From: Candidatus Methylomirabilis sp.
GTDB taxonomy: Bacteria; Muiribacteriota; Ozemobacteria; Ozemobacterales; Ozemobacteraceae
Direction of reading: 5' to 3'
Assembly: GCA_020722725.1 (NCBI GenBank)
Contig: DYKG01000003.1
Coordinates: forward strand, 45,129-109,128
DNA: 64,000 bases
Below are positions 25,833 through 34,895 of the stretch, piece after piece. The notes below the pieces were generated by a model, which was given only the letters and a program-made list of their open reading frames with translations, did not search any database and was not told where the DNA came from. The translations under genes were made by a program, and so were the position numbers. How positions within the stretch are numbered: the stretch's first letter is position 1; every line of letters starts with the position of its first letter.

Positions 25833-25906
25833 CGCACCTACCTGGACTCGAACCAGGGGCACCAGGATTAGGAATCCTGTGCTCTATCCACCTGAGCTAT
25901 AGGTGC
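25833..25906 (-). tRNA. tRNA-Arg (anticodon CCU)
   Basis: Minus-strand sequence GCACCTA-TA-GCTC-AGGTGGATA-GAGC-A-CAGGA-TTCCTAA-TCCTG-GTGCC-CCTGG-TTCGAGT-CCAGG-TAGGTGC-G. All four stems are Watson-Crick. The anticodon loop has U33 and A37. T-loop TTCGAGT. No CCA is encoded. Confidence 0.85.
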
Positions 25907-25919
25907 AGCTAACTTCTTG

Positions 25920-25948
25920 ATTCTACTAATTTTTTCTGGCAAAATCAA
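25920..25948 (-). promoter_or_regulatory. tRNA-Arg promoter (TTGATT-N17-TAGAAT)
   Basis: On the minus strand, -35 TTGATT (25948-25943) and -10 TAGAAT (25925-25920) with a 17-nt spacer. The -10 ends 13 nt before the tRNA 5' end. Confidence 0.45.
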
Positions 25949-25992
25949 GTCGAAAACATTATGCTTTCAAAAACAGCTGAAAGGTTAAGATC

Positions 25993-26559
25993 ATGAAAAA
26001 GTTGCATCTGATGCTGGCTTTCTGCCTGCTGGCGGTTTTCAGTGCCGGCGTTCATGCCATAGATACCGGGAAACTGCTCACCAACCAATGTCGTGCCAAT
26101 CTGAAAATGCTCAATGAGGCGACCGAGAAGTTTCTCAAGGAAAATGAATCGTCGCTGCCGGCCTGGAGTCCTTATAAAAGCGTCAAAGAAATGCTGCTCG
26201 AAATAAAATATCTGCCCAAAGACCCGGAGCCTCCGACCAAGGATTGCAAATATTTTCTGGTGAGCACGAGTTCTCGTGATTATCAATGGTATTGCGATGT
26301 TCATGGGCTTATCGATGGTGATAAATCAATAACTTTCGATTACCACGAACATAAGTTCACGGCTAAAACCAGCTCAAGATACATGAATGTGAGAAAATAC
26401 AAAGATCATGTTCAGAACCTGCTGCGCTGGACTGATTACAAACCAACCCCGATCGAGAAGCTGAAATATCAGTATAACAAAAACCCAACCACTACCATTG
26501 CTCTGGTTGTTTTTGGGGTAATTGCGCTTTTTTTAATTTACCGAAACGTTATTCAATAA
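25993..26559 (+). CDS. Hypothetical type-I membrane protein (Sec signal peptide plus C-terminal TM anchor) with a pilin-like CxxNLKxLxxAxE motif
   Basis: MKKLHLMLAFCLLAVFSAGVHA signal peptide and a C-terminal TM (TTIALVVFGVIALFLIY). TNQCRANLKMLNEATEKFL resembles the conserved region of type IV pilins and pseudopilins. RBS AAGGTTAAGATCATG. Preferred over the overlapping minus-strand ORF 25945-26304. Confidence 0.5.
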   Translation: MKKLHLMLAFCLLAVFSAGVHAIDTGKLLTNQCRANLKMLNEATEKFLKENESSLPAWSPYKSVKEMLLEIKYLPKDPEPPTKDCKYFLVSTSSRDYQWYCDVHGLIDGDKSITFDYHEHKFTAKTSSRYMNVRKYKDHVQNLLRWTDYKPTPIEKLKYQYNKNPTTTIALVVFGVIALFLIYRNVIQ

Positions 26560-26561
26560 AA

Positions 26562-27278
26562 TTATTTCAGAATTTCATCAAGGGGCAAACCTGACTCCAC
26601 GGAAAGACGGTCGATCATCTGTTCGACCCAATAGCCTGAATGGCCAAGCCTGCGGGCTTTCATCAGGTTGATTATGGCCCGACCTTTCTGCGATTCCTGA
26701 GCCCAGGCCATCGCCAGGAGCACGTAGGGCCAGCCGCTCTGATGATTTTTGCCTTCAAGCATCTCAATGGTTTTTTCCGGCTGATGCAATGATATGTGAA
26801 TGGCAGCAAGATCATAGATCAGTAACTGATTGACAGGATTGAGATGCCAGGCAAGGCTTAATTCTTCGAAAGCATCGAGATAAGCTCCGCGACCGGCGAG
26901 AATCAACCCCAGAGCATGGTGTGCATCAGAATCAGACGGGCTGTCGGAAACCGCCTGCCTGGCAAAAAATTCGGCGGTATCGAAATCTTCTTCAGTACTT
27001 TCACCCAGCAGTGAAAGGTTGTAATAAATCCGCCCCATCTCAAGGGTAGTAAATGGATTTGCCCCGGAAAGGCTGATCATATTCTCATAATGCTTCCAGG
27101 CCTGGCGCAGCAATTCTTTATTTCCGAGTCTTATTCCTTCATCAATCAATTGTTGCGGATCAATAACCGGGATTCCGCCCTCAATGATGGTAACCGGCAT
27201 GGAATGTGCCTGAGAAAAGGCCAGCAACATGCAGAAACATACCTGAATCAATTTTGCTTTGTTGATAGACATTATCAT
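26562..27278 (-). CDS. Secreted TPR-repeat protein
   Basis: Signal peptide MIMSINKAKLIQVCFCMLLAFSQAHS, then TPR-like helical repeats (W/A/Y patterns). Confidence 0.5.
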   Translation of the reverse strand: MIMSINKAKLIQVCFCMLLAFSQAHSMPVTIIEGGIPVIDPQQLIDEGIRLGNKELLRQAWKHYENMISLSGANPFTTLEMGRIYYNLSLLGESTEEDFDTAEFFARQAVSDSPSDSDAHHALGLILAGRGAYLDAFEELSLAWHLNPVNQLLIYDLAAIHISLHQPEKTIEMLEGKNHQSGWPYVLLAMAWAQESQKGRAIINLMKARRLGHSGYWVEQMIDRLSVESGLPLDEILK

Positions 27279-27345
27279 CCCCCTGATGTTATAAAATACA
27301 TTTAACTAATTCGTATCATGCTGCGGGAATGAAATCCAGAAAAAT

Positions 27346-30300
27346 ATGAACAACGATATAACAGACAAATCTTACAGCTCAGTTCTGCACAAGCCTTCGT
27401 TGTGGCTTTTTCTTTTTGTTTTTTTCGCTGTTCTGCCGGTTTTAATTTACTTTTCCTGCTATGAACTGTTTATCGAAAACGAGTTCACAACCAGCCGGGA
27501 AAAACTTACCCAATATTATCAGAGAGAACTCACTGCTTTTAGAAATCGAGCAACCAACCGCAATATTTTTCTTCAACTTCTGCAAAGTTACCGTGACAAC
27601 TGCCGAAAAAACATACCAGACAAGCCAAATGACAATTCTATTCATCTGACCGAACTTTTGGCTGAACTCCCCTCCAATACCAGTCTGATCAGCTGGAACA
27701 ACAATGGTGAAATTGTTGCAGGCTTTACCCGCATTCACCCATCAGAGAAAATAAGCGAAATCCAGGTCAGACGTTTTGTCGACCTGCTCAATGAATCATA
27801 TTCAGACTTTAACAGTGGAATTGATCTGCAGACATTGCAGCAGACAAGAGATTATGAACTGAAAAACCGGCCTTTTTTCAGCAGTATAAAGCCTCTGATC
27901 GGGCTGAATTTTCCTGCCACCCGCCTTTTTACTCGGCGAAACAGCCTTGAATACGTCACCGATGACCGTTCTGAGGTATTCTTCTTCTGGGATTACTACA
28001 ACGCCAAAGACAACTCGCAGGGCGGTTTTGCCGCAATCATACCTCGACAGAACCTGCCGGCAACCTTCGCTCTTTCGCGGGTTCTTGAAAAAGATCCGAG
28101 TGCCAACCCCGAATTTACCAATGGCCTGTTGGACTCAGCCACGGGAAAAACCAAGCTTTCGTTTCCGCAATTGCAGACAGTAGCAGAAAAGATGATTGCC
28201 GGCTGCCGCAATGATGTGGTTAACCCATACAGCGCGAACGACTGGGTCATTTTTATGCAACCGGTCGCCGAAAGCTCATCGGCCAATCTTTTCAACATGT
28301 TCTCTACCCGCTCTTTGAGAGAAAGCTATGAAAGTTCGATTAAAAGCAGCCAGCTGGTCTGTATTATAATTTTAATTGCCCTCGGGTTTCTGTTTTTCTT
28401 CTTTTTTCGGGTCACTCGTGACCGAGGGCTGTCATTGCGGAAAAAGCTTGTGTGGCTTTTTATTTTATGTATGCAGCTGCCGGTTTCAATTCTTATTTTT
28501 CTGGGCATTCATTTCTCGCTCAGCAAAGAGAGACTTTTAAGCATTGAAGCAGATAGAAAATTGATCGAACTGGTAAGAAAAATTGATTATTCTGCCCAGG
28601 ATCACTACCGATCGCTAACTTCATGGCTGAAAACCCTGCGCGACCTTCCGGAATTAAAGGCGGTCGATAAAGAAAAACTGCACCGAACATTTTATGATTT
28701 TGCCCACAACAACCAGCTGCAGAGTTTTTATCTGGTTGGCATCGACGGCAGCATCGAATTTGACATTGAAAACCTTGAATCAGAGCAGTCAAATCGCCTG
28801 TTCATGAGAGAACTTGGAGTAAAAATCCTTGCAGGCTATGGACAGTCAGAAGAATCGGTCGACAGCGAATCAGTATCGGAAGGATTTCTGGATCAGGTCA
28901 TCACCCGCAAAGGGCAATTGCATCAGATTTTATGGCCGGGTTCCGGTGCGAAAAAATTGATATTCAGCGATGTTGCGAATACTGACAGCGGGCGACCGAT
29001 GGCTTTAATTGCCGTTCTTGACAAACTAACCGTTGACCGTGGCTATCTGAAACAGGCGATTACCAACCAGTATCGCAGCAACCCTGACCATGAAATTCTA
29101 ATTATCAACAGCGAAGATATTTCCGACACCATTCCAAAGCTGTCGCCAACATTCAAAGCGAATCTTTTGCCAATGCTGACTACGGCCAGAATTTCCAGCA
29201 GCATTGAAACAGATCGTATTACCGATGAAAACGACACAATGCTGGTTGCACTCGGCCAGGGTTCCAATATTCCCGATTTTCTCATCGGTGCGCAGGCCAA
29301 TTGGGCAAAAATCATGGAATCGATAAGATATATGTATTTTCTGGTTTCAATCGGCCTGTTTTTCAGCCTGGCCGCTTCAACCTTCATGATTACCGTACTG
29401 CTGCGCGAATTTCTAACACCCATTTCGGTTCTTTCATCCGGGGCAAAATCAATCATCGGCGGCAATCTGGATCTCAATCTGCCGGTATTTGCCCGTGACG
29501 AACTGGGTGAACTTTCTGAGACCTTCAATTTCATGACCCGCCGCCTGAAAAATCGCCTAACCGAGCTGACGGTGCTTTACAACATGACTCAGAAAGCGTC
29601 TACTTCACATAACCAGCGCGAAGTATTCAGTCTGGCAGCCGAGAATCTGGTCAAGCACCTGCACGGTCAAAGCTTCGGCACCGCCTGGATCAACGAAGGC
29701 GAGGGTGAAGAATCGGTTTACCTTGCCGACCATTGTGAAGAAAGTTTTGAAAATGCGGTTCAGTCAGTAGTAAGGAACGCTTTGAGAACCTACAAAATTC
29801 AGCTTGCATTTTCAGAAGCAATTCACAAGCACATTCTGGGCATTCCTCTTTATTTCGAAGAAAAGAAGTTTGGAGCGGTTTACCTGCTGTTTGACGAAGA
29901 TAGATTCAAAAATTCAAGTGGTTTTTCTGAAGATGAAAAGAGTTTCATGGAAACCCTGCGCCATCACCTGTCACTGATCATCGAAAAACAAAGACTTTTC
30001 GAGCAGGCGATCACCGACGGGCTGACCAAACTCTATGTAAGAAGGTTTTTTCTGGCTACTCTTGAGAAAGAGCTTTCCAGATCAAAGCGTTATCAGCTTG
30101 ATGTGGCGGTTCTGCTAATCGACATCGACCATTTTAAAAAATTCAACGACAACTTTGGGCACCAGGCCGGCGACATGGTTCTGCGTGAAACCGCCCAGCG
30201 CCTGACCGAATGCATCAGGTCGGTAGATACCCCCGGGCGATATGGCGGAGAAGAAATGGTTATTCTTTTGCCGCAGACTAATATTAAAGAGGCATTCGTC

Positions 30301-30507
30301 GTCGCCGATCGCATCAAAAAAGCGGTTGAAGGCGCTGAATACAATTACCGCGATTCGGTAATGAGGGTAACAGTATCGATAGGGGTCAGCGCTTTGCATG
30401 GACGCCAGATAACGGTTGAAGAAATTATTGAAGAAGCCGACCGGGCTCTTTACGTTGCCAAGGATAAAGGCAGGAATCAGGTTCGCATTGCCCCGGAAGC
30501 CATGTAG
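27346..30507 (+). CDS. Membrane sensor diguanylate cyclase (large extracytoplasmic domain, HAMP, GGDEF with a GGEEM active-site variant)
   Basis: TM segments are present. The HAMP region is LLREFLTPISVLSSGAKSIIGGNLDLNLPVFARDELGELSETFNFM. The GGDEF domain includes ITDGLTKLYVRRFF, DIDHFKKFNDNFGHQAGD and RYGGEEMVILLPQT. Confidence 0.8.
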   Translation: MNNDITDKSYSSVLHKPSLWLFLFVFFAVLPVLIYFSCYELFIENEFTTSREKLTQYYQRELTAFRNRATNRNIFLQLLQSYRDNCRKNIPDKPNDNSIHLTELLAELPSNTSLISWNNNGEIVAGFTRIHPSEKISEIQVRRFVDLLNESYSDFNSGIDLQTLQQTRDYELKNRPFFSSIKPLIGLNFPATRLFTRRNSLEYVTDDRSEVFFFWDYYNAKDNSQGGFAAIIPRQNLPATFALSRVLEKDPSANPEFTNGLLDSATGKTKLSFPQLQTVAEKMIAGCRNDVVNPYSANDWVIFMQPVAESSSANLFNMFSTRSLRESYESSIKSSQLVCIIILIALGFLFFFFFRVTRDRGLSLRKKLVWLFILCMQLPVSILIFLGIHFSLSKERLLSIEADRKLIELVRKIDYSAQDHYRSLTSWLKTLRDLPELKAVDKEKLHRTFYDFAHNNQLQSFYLVGIDGSIEFDIENLESEQSNRLFMRELGVKILAGYGQSEESVDSESVSEGFLDQVITRKGQLHQILWPGSGAKKLIFSDVANTDSGRPMALIAVLDKLTVDRGYLKQAITNQYRSNPDHEILIINSEDISDTIPKLSPTFKANLLPMLTTARISSSIETDRITDENDTMLVALGQGSNIPDFLIGAQANWAKIMESIRYMYFLVSIGLFFSLAASTFMITVLLREFLTPISVLSSGAKSIIGGNLDLNLPVFARDELGELSETFNFMTRRLKNRLTELTVLYNMTQKASTSHNQREVFSLAAENLVKHLHGQSFGTAWINEGEGEESVYLADHCEESFENAVQSVVRNALRTYKIQLAFSEAIHKHILGIPLYFEEKKFGAVYLLFDEDRFKNSSGFSEDEKSFMETLRHHLSLIIEKQRLFEQAITDGLTKLYVRRFFLATLEKELSRSKRYQLDVAVLLIDIDHFKKFNDNFGHQAGDMVLRETAQRLTECIRSVDTPGRYGGEEMVILLPQTNIKEAFVVADRIKKAVEGAEYNYRDSVMRVTVSIGVSALHGRQITVEEIIEEADRALYVAKDKGRNQVRIAPEAM

Positions 30508-30524
30508 GATACCCATATTAGCAA

Positions 30525-31100
30525 ATGATTTTTTTAAAAAAACAATTGATTGGAATTTCAAAAGGATTCACCCTTGTGGAAATTCTGATTGTTCTTTTTC
30601 TGGTCGGACTTCTTGCTTTGCCTTTTACCAACATGTTCATTTTCGGGGTGCAGGGCAGTCATGACAATTCAGAACACGTGCTCGCCTACAACCTGGCCAG
30701 GGAAAAAGTGGAAGAGATTCGCGGACTGCCATTCGAAATGGTCAAATCCGATTATGAGAATTTTCGCGAGGTGTTTCAAGACCGCCCCGATTTTGACGAA
30801 GCATATTATAAAGAAGAATCTTTTGAAAACTTTTTTTCAGACGTTTTTACCGACAAGGCTCTCGTCGATGACAAGCTTAAAACAAGCTTTACCAGACTGA
30901 AACTCCTTTATCCCAAATGTTATTTGAAAAATCTGAAAACCTACCCTGAAGATTATCGGTTCTTCAGGCGCGTAGTTGTGGTTAAGAAAATTTCAGAATC
31001 CGCAATGCCTTCCAAGCTGAAAAAAATTACGGTGCTGGTCTTTGAAAAAGACGGAAAAAAAATTGCCGAACTAAATACCATGGTGGGTGAACACAAATGA
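30525..31100 (+). CDS. Pseudopilin (GspI/PilV-like) with a canonical prepilin N-terminus
   Basis: ...ISKG|FTLVEILIVLFLVGLLALPF, with Gly at -1 and Glu at +5. Confidence 0.6.
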   Translation: MIFLKKQLIGISKGFTLVEILIVLFLVGLLALPFTNMFIFGVQGSHDNSEHVLAYNLAREKVEEIRGLPFEMVKSDYENFREVFQDRPDFDEAYYKEESFENFFSDVFTDKALVDDKLKTSFTRLKLLYPKCYLKNLKTYPEDYRFFRRVVVVKKISESAMPSKLKKITVLVFEKDGKKIAELNTMVGEHK

Positions 31101-31723
31101 AAATTCATCAACCCCAAAATGCCTTTACCCTGGTTGAGCTGCTTCTGGGCATGTCTCTTACGATTCTGGTTGGCGGGGTTCTTTACCTGATGCAATCAAC
31201 CGGAATGTCATCGGTTAAAAAGGGCACCACACAGCTGCTGCTGACCTCCGAGATCCGTAACAACATGGAGCGCATGGTGGCCGATATTCGCAACAGTAAA
31301 GAAGTGCTCGAAATTAAACCTGATATGATCAAATTACGAGTTTACAAATATGAACCAGAAAAACCTGAACCGGGTGAAGACGCTCTGGTTACCGTTACAT
31401 ACGAACTGGAGAAAATCGGTCGCCAGACCGTCATGTGGCGAACCGAAAATCGTGAAAATCCGCTTAAGCTAATGGCAATAGAAGAAATCAACGATAAGAT
31501 GTTTTTTCCCTTTTTCGAGTTTTACGACAAGGCCTCACCTACCGGCTGGTCATACTACCCTTACGACATGGTTTCCAATGATTCCGGGCAAAGAAAGCTG
31601 ATCAGCCTGATTCAAATCCGACTGAGTTTCAGGCAACAGACTGAATCGGCAGAACTGGTCACCTCTGCCAACCTCAGGCCTGCGACCTCGAGAATTCGCC
31701 AGCCCAGCTGGAAATCCAGGTAA
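31097..31723 (+). CDS. Pseudopilin (GspJ/PilW-like) with a prepilin-type N-terminus
   Basis: MKIHQPQNA|FTLVELLLGMSLTILVGGVLYL, with Ala at -1 and Glu at +5. Overlaps both neighbours by 1-4 nt. Confidence 0.6.
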   Translation: MKIHQPQNAFTLVELLLGMSLTILVGGVLYLMQSTGMSSVKKGTTQLLLTSEIRNNMERMVADIRNSKEVLEIKPDMIKLRVYKYEPEKPEPGEDALVTVTYELEKIGRQTVMWRTENRENPLKLMAIEEINDKMFFPFFEFYDKASPTGWSYYPYDMVSNDSGQRKLISLIQIRLSFRQQTESAELVTSANLRPATSRIRQPSWKSR

Positions 31724-33801
31724 TGTCAATTCCTCTGATTTTTTGTGGCCTGGCAATAATCATTCAAATGATTCTGGGGCTGCTGGTCTTGGTCAGAGAC
31801 TACAGACGCAGCGCCAATATAATCTTCAGCATTCAACTTTTTTTATTTACTCTCTGGAGCATAGCCGAGATAAATCTTCTTATCAGAGGAACCAGCGTTG
31901 AAGCGGTAAAAATGCTGATGGTTCCAGGCATTCTGCTGAGCTATTTTTTCTGCATTTTCAGTGCAGTTTTTCCGGAATTTCAGAAGGATTCGATTATTCT
32001 GAAAAGCCGTCTGAACCAATTTCTGTTTTTTCTTCCCGCCGGGTTTCTTTTATGGTTGTTATGGTCTGATAAGCTGATCAGCGAGTTTTCAGCAATTCCT
32101 CACGGTTTTACCATCAGCTTTGGCCAATATGAATTTCTCGCCAAAGGCATCATTATCGCTTATCTGCTTTTTTCGCTGTTCACCCTTTCCAGCAGCAGAA
32201 AAAAAGCAGAAAACAAAATGCAGATTCGGCGCCTGCGCTACACATTCACCGCAATGCTTCTTCCCATTGCTGCGGGATCATTGATACTTGCGGTTGGCAA
32301 AGTGATAATCGGCGGCAATTCAGCCTATGCCTTTGGCATTTTCCCGCTTTTAAGCATAATCATGAGTTTGATTCTCAGCTATACCATGCTGAAATACAAC
32401 CTGATGGAAATAGACCTGATGTTTTCGATAGGTCTGGTTTACACTCTTCTGACCGCGATCCTGGCCGGAGTAATGGAATTGATGCAGGAATTGATGCAGG
32501 AGTTATTGAAAATTTCAGATTTCTGGACCAAGCTGGTTTCGGTTTTACTGATTGCCGCAGTTTTCTCACCATTGAAAGAGCTTCTGATCAAACTGGTCAA
32601 CCACTTTTTTGGCCGGCAGACCTTTGATTCTGCAAGCGTCATGCAGCATATTCTTGCAGAAATGCGGCACTGCCCGAACCCCGAAAAAATGATGCAGCGC
32701 CTGCTTCAGGAGCTTAAACTGGTTATCGATTTCTCTTCGGGGCAGGTAATACTATCAGACGGAGTTAAGGTCAGTCATGAGAGTGAAAATTGTCATGAAC
32801 TCTACAGTACTTTTGATTTCAACGCTGTTCCTGGAGATATAAACGATATTGAAACCGCCCAGGATTACATGAGAAACGTGAATTTGTCTGAATCAGCGCA
32901 AAAGCTCGGTGAGTTAAAAGAAAAGGGCATCAGGAATTTTTTCAGACTGGCAACCGCAACCCAGAACTACGGTTTGATGCTGCTGGGAACGAAAACCACC
33001 AGAGTGCCGTATACTGAGACCGAAATAAATCTGGTTGACGGAATCTGTCGAGAAATTCCTTTTCTGCTGGAAAACCTGCGAATGATCGAGCGCCTGATCA
33101 AACAAGACCGCAGCGTTCAGGAAATAGAAATGGCAAGAAAAATGCTGCGCGCCATTTCTGCTGACGGCGAGATCCTTGAACTGGGAAATTTCAGCTTTGC
33201 CCGTTTTTCGACGCTCAGCGAAGAGATAAAGGGTGACCTGATCGATTATCGTCCGGGCGAGATGGGTTTTATGGGGATTTATGATGCCTTTCACCATGGA
33301 ATTCAGGCGGTTCTTACACTGAATTTGCTCTTTGCGGCCTTTCGGCCCGGAGATTCGCCAGAGGCGATGCTGGAAAAGGCGAATCTGGTTCTTCTGCATT
33401 TCAGAGAGCAGCAGCTGAATTCGGCTGTCACTCTTTTGCAGGCTGCAGAAAACCATTTAAAGGTTTTTTCAGCCGGCAACCCATCACCCATATTGATAAC
33501 ACCGGGCAATGCCACTTATCTTCTGAGCACGAACGGGCAGCCCCTTGGTCTGACCGAAAAGACCGACTGCCTTCGCTGCCAGTTCTGCCCAAAGAAGCAC
33601 GAATTGCTGCTCATCTCTACCAACGGTCTGTTCAAGGCTTTCACGAATATTGCCGGCATCAGCCTTGAAAGCTATTTAAGATCAGAAAGTTTTGCCAATA
33701 TCGAAGACTGTCGTGATAAAATTGTGGCCAGACTTGGCAAACAAATTTACTCGGGTTTTTCTGACGATATAACATTCTTAGTTGCAGGATTAAAACAATG
33801 A
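31723..33801 (+). CDS. Polytopic membrane protein (7TM-type N-terminal domain) fused to a C-terminal SpoIIE/PP2C-like phosphatase domain
   Basis: The first ~290 aa contain about seven hydrophobic segments. The C-terminal domain ends with the SpoIIE-family signature ...DDITFLVAGLK and has an YDAFHHGIQA metal-site-like region. Confidence 0.55.
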   Translation: MSIPLIFCGLAIIIQMILGLLVLVRDYRRSANIIFSIQLFLFTLWSIAEINLLIRGTSVEAVKMLMVPGILLSYFFCIFSAVFPEFQKDSIILKSRLNQFLFFLPAGFLLWLLWSDKLISEFSAIPHGFTISFGQYEFLAKGIIIAYLLFSLFTLSSSRKKAENKMQIRRLRYTFTAMLLPIAAGSLILAVGKVIIGGNSAYAFGIFPLLSIIMSLILSYTMLKYNLMEIDLMFSIGLVYTLLTAILAGVMELMQELMQELLKISDFWTKLVSVLLIAAVFSPLKELLIKLVNHFFGRQTFDSASVMQHILAEMRHCPNPEKMMQRLLQELKLVIDFSSGQVILSDGVKVSHESENCHELYSTFDFNAVPGDINDIETAQDYMRNVNLSESAQKLGELKEKGIRNFFRLATATQNYGLMLLGTKTTRVPYTETEINLVDGICREIPFLLENLRMIERLIKQDRSVQEIEMARKMLRAISADGEILELGNFSFARFSTLSEEIKGDLIDYRPGEMGFMGIYDAFHHGIQAVLTLNLLFAAFRPGDSPEAMLEKANLVLLHFREQQLNSAVTLLQAAENHLKVFSAGNPSPILITPGNATYLLSTNGQPLGLTEKTDCLRCQFCPKKHELLLISTNGLFKAFTNIAGISLESYLRSESFANIEDCRDKIVARLGKQIYSGFSDDITFLVAGLKQ

Positions 33802-34895
33802 TTTCATCAAGAAGAAACAGCAGATCGATCTCTCTGGGGCCGGTTAAAATCGGCGGGATGGCGCCAATTACGGTGCAGACCATGACCAAAACAGATACCC
33901 GTGACATAGAAACAACCATCGACGAGATCAAACGGCTTGCCAGTGCCGGCTGCGACATTATCAGATCGGCAGTGCCCGATATGCAGGCTGCCCAGGCCCT
34001 GAAAAGCATTTGCAACGCAATTCCCATTCCACTCATCGCTGACATTCATTTCGACCACCATCTGGCACTCGAAGCGATAAAAAGCGGAGTTCACGGTCTG
34101 CGTATCAACCCCGGCAATATCAGGTCTGAAGAAAAAGTTAAAGAAGTCGTCGCGGCCGCAAAAGACCGGCAGATCCCCATACGGGTCGGGGTCAACGCCG
34201 GCTCTCTCGACCCGGAAATAAAACAGCGATATGGCGGGGTTACCGCCCAGGGTCTCGCTGAATCGGCGTTGAACGAAGTCAGGCGCCTCGAAAGATATGG
34301 TTTCGAGCACATAAAAATTGCGGTGAAAGCCTTTGACATCTTTACCATGACCGAAGCGGTCAAAATCGTCGCCAATGCCTGTCCCTACCCGCTTCATCTC
34401 GGGGTAACCGAATCGGGGCTGCCTGACGAAGGCATCGTAAGATCTTCGATCGGTATCGGAGCTTTATTGATGCAGGGTATCGGCGATACCATAAGGGTTT
34501 CGCTGACCGGCGATTCAGCCGATGAAATCATTACCGGCATCAGAATTCTCAAAACCCTCGGACTTCGCGAATCGGGGCCAGTCATTGTAAGTTGCCCGAC
34601 CTGCGGGCGCTGTCAGATCCCCTTGCAGGAAATTGCCCGCGAAGTCAGCCGCCGCCTGAGCCAATTTGCCGAGCCGATTCAAGTCGCAGTAATGGGTTGC
34701 GGGGTAAACGGGCCGGGTGAAGCTCAACAGGCTGATTTCGGCATTGCCGGCGGTCGCGAAACCGGCCTGATCTTCAAAAAGGGAAAAATTGTCGCCACTC
34801 TGCCTTCCGAACAACTGGTTGACGGCCTGATTAGAGAAATTGAAAAAAGTTTTGCTGACCGCGAAACAGGAGGTAAACGCAATGAAAAAATTTGA
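33798..34895 (+). CDS. ispG: 4-hydroxy-3-methylbut-2-en-1-yl diphosphate synthase (IspG/GcpE)
   Basis: KIGGMAPITVQTMTKTDTRD, GCDIIRSAVPD, VSCPTCGRC and VAVMGCGVNGPGEA are present. ATGA overlap with the upstream gene. Confidence 0.9.
   Translation: MISSRRNSRSISLGPVKIGGMAPITVQTMTKTDTRDIETTIDEIKRLASAGCDIIRSAVPDMQAAQALKSICNAIPIPLIADIHFDHHLALEAIKSGVHGLRINPGNIRSEEKVKEVVAAAKDRQIPIRVGVNAGSLDPEIKQRYGGVTAQGLAESALNEVRRLERYGFEHIKIAVKAFDIFTMTEAVKIVANACPYPLHLGVTESGLPDEGIVRSSIGIGALLMQGIGDTIRVSLTGDSADEIITGIRILKTLGLRESGPVIVSCPTCGRCQIPLQEIAREVSRRLSQFAEPIQVAVMGCGVNGPGEAQQADFGIAGGRETGLIFKKGKIVATLPSEQLVDGLIREIEKSFADRETGGKRNEKI

Noticed and set aside
25945-26304. 119-aa minus-strand ORF overlapping the start of the 25993-26559 gene
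   Set aside because: It would run through the tRNA promoter region. The plus-strand ORF has an RBS, a signal peptide and a C-terminal TM, so it is preferred.
33807-34397. 196-aa ORF antisense to ispG, plus other antisense ORFs 34091-34991
   Set aside because: Shadow ORFs within a well-supported gene.
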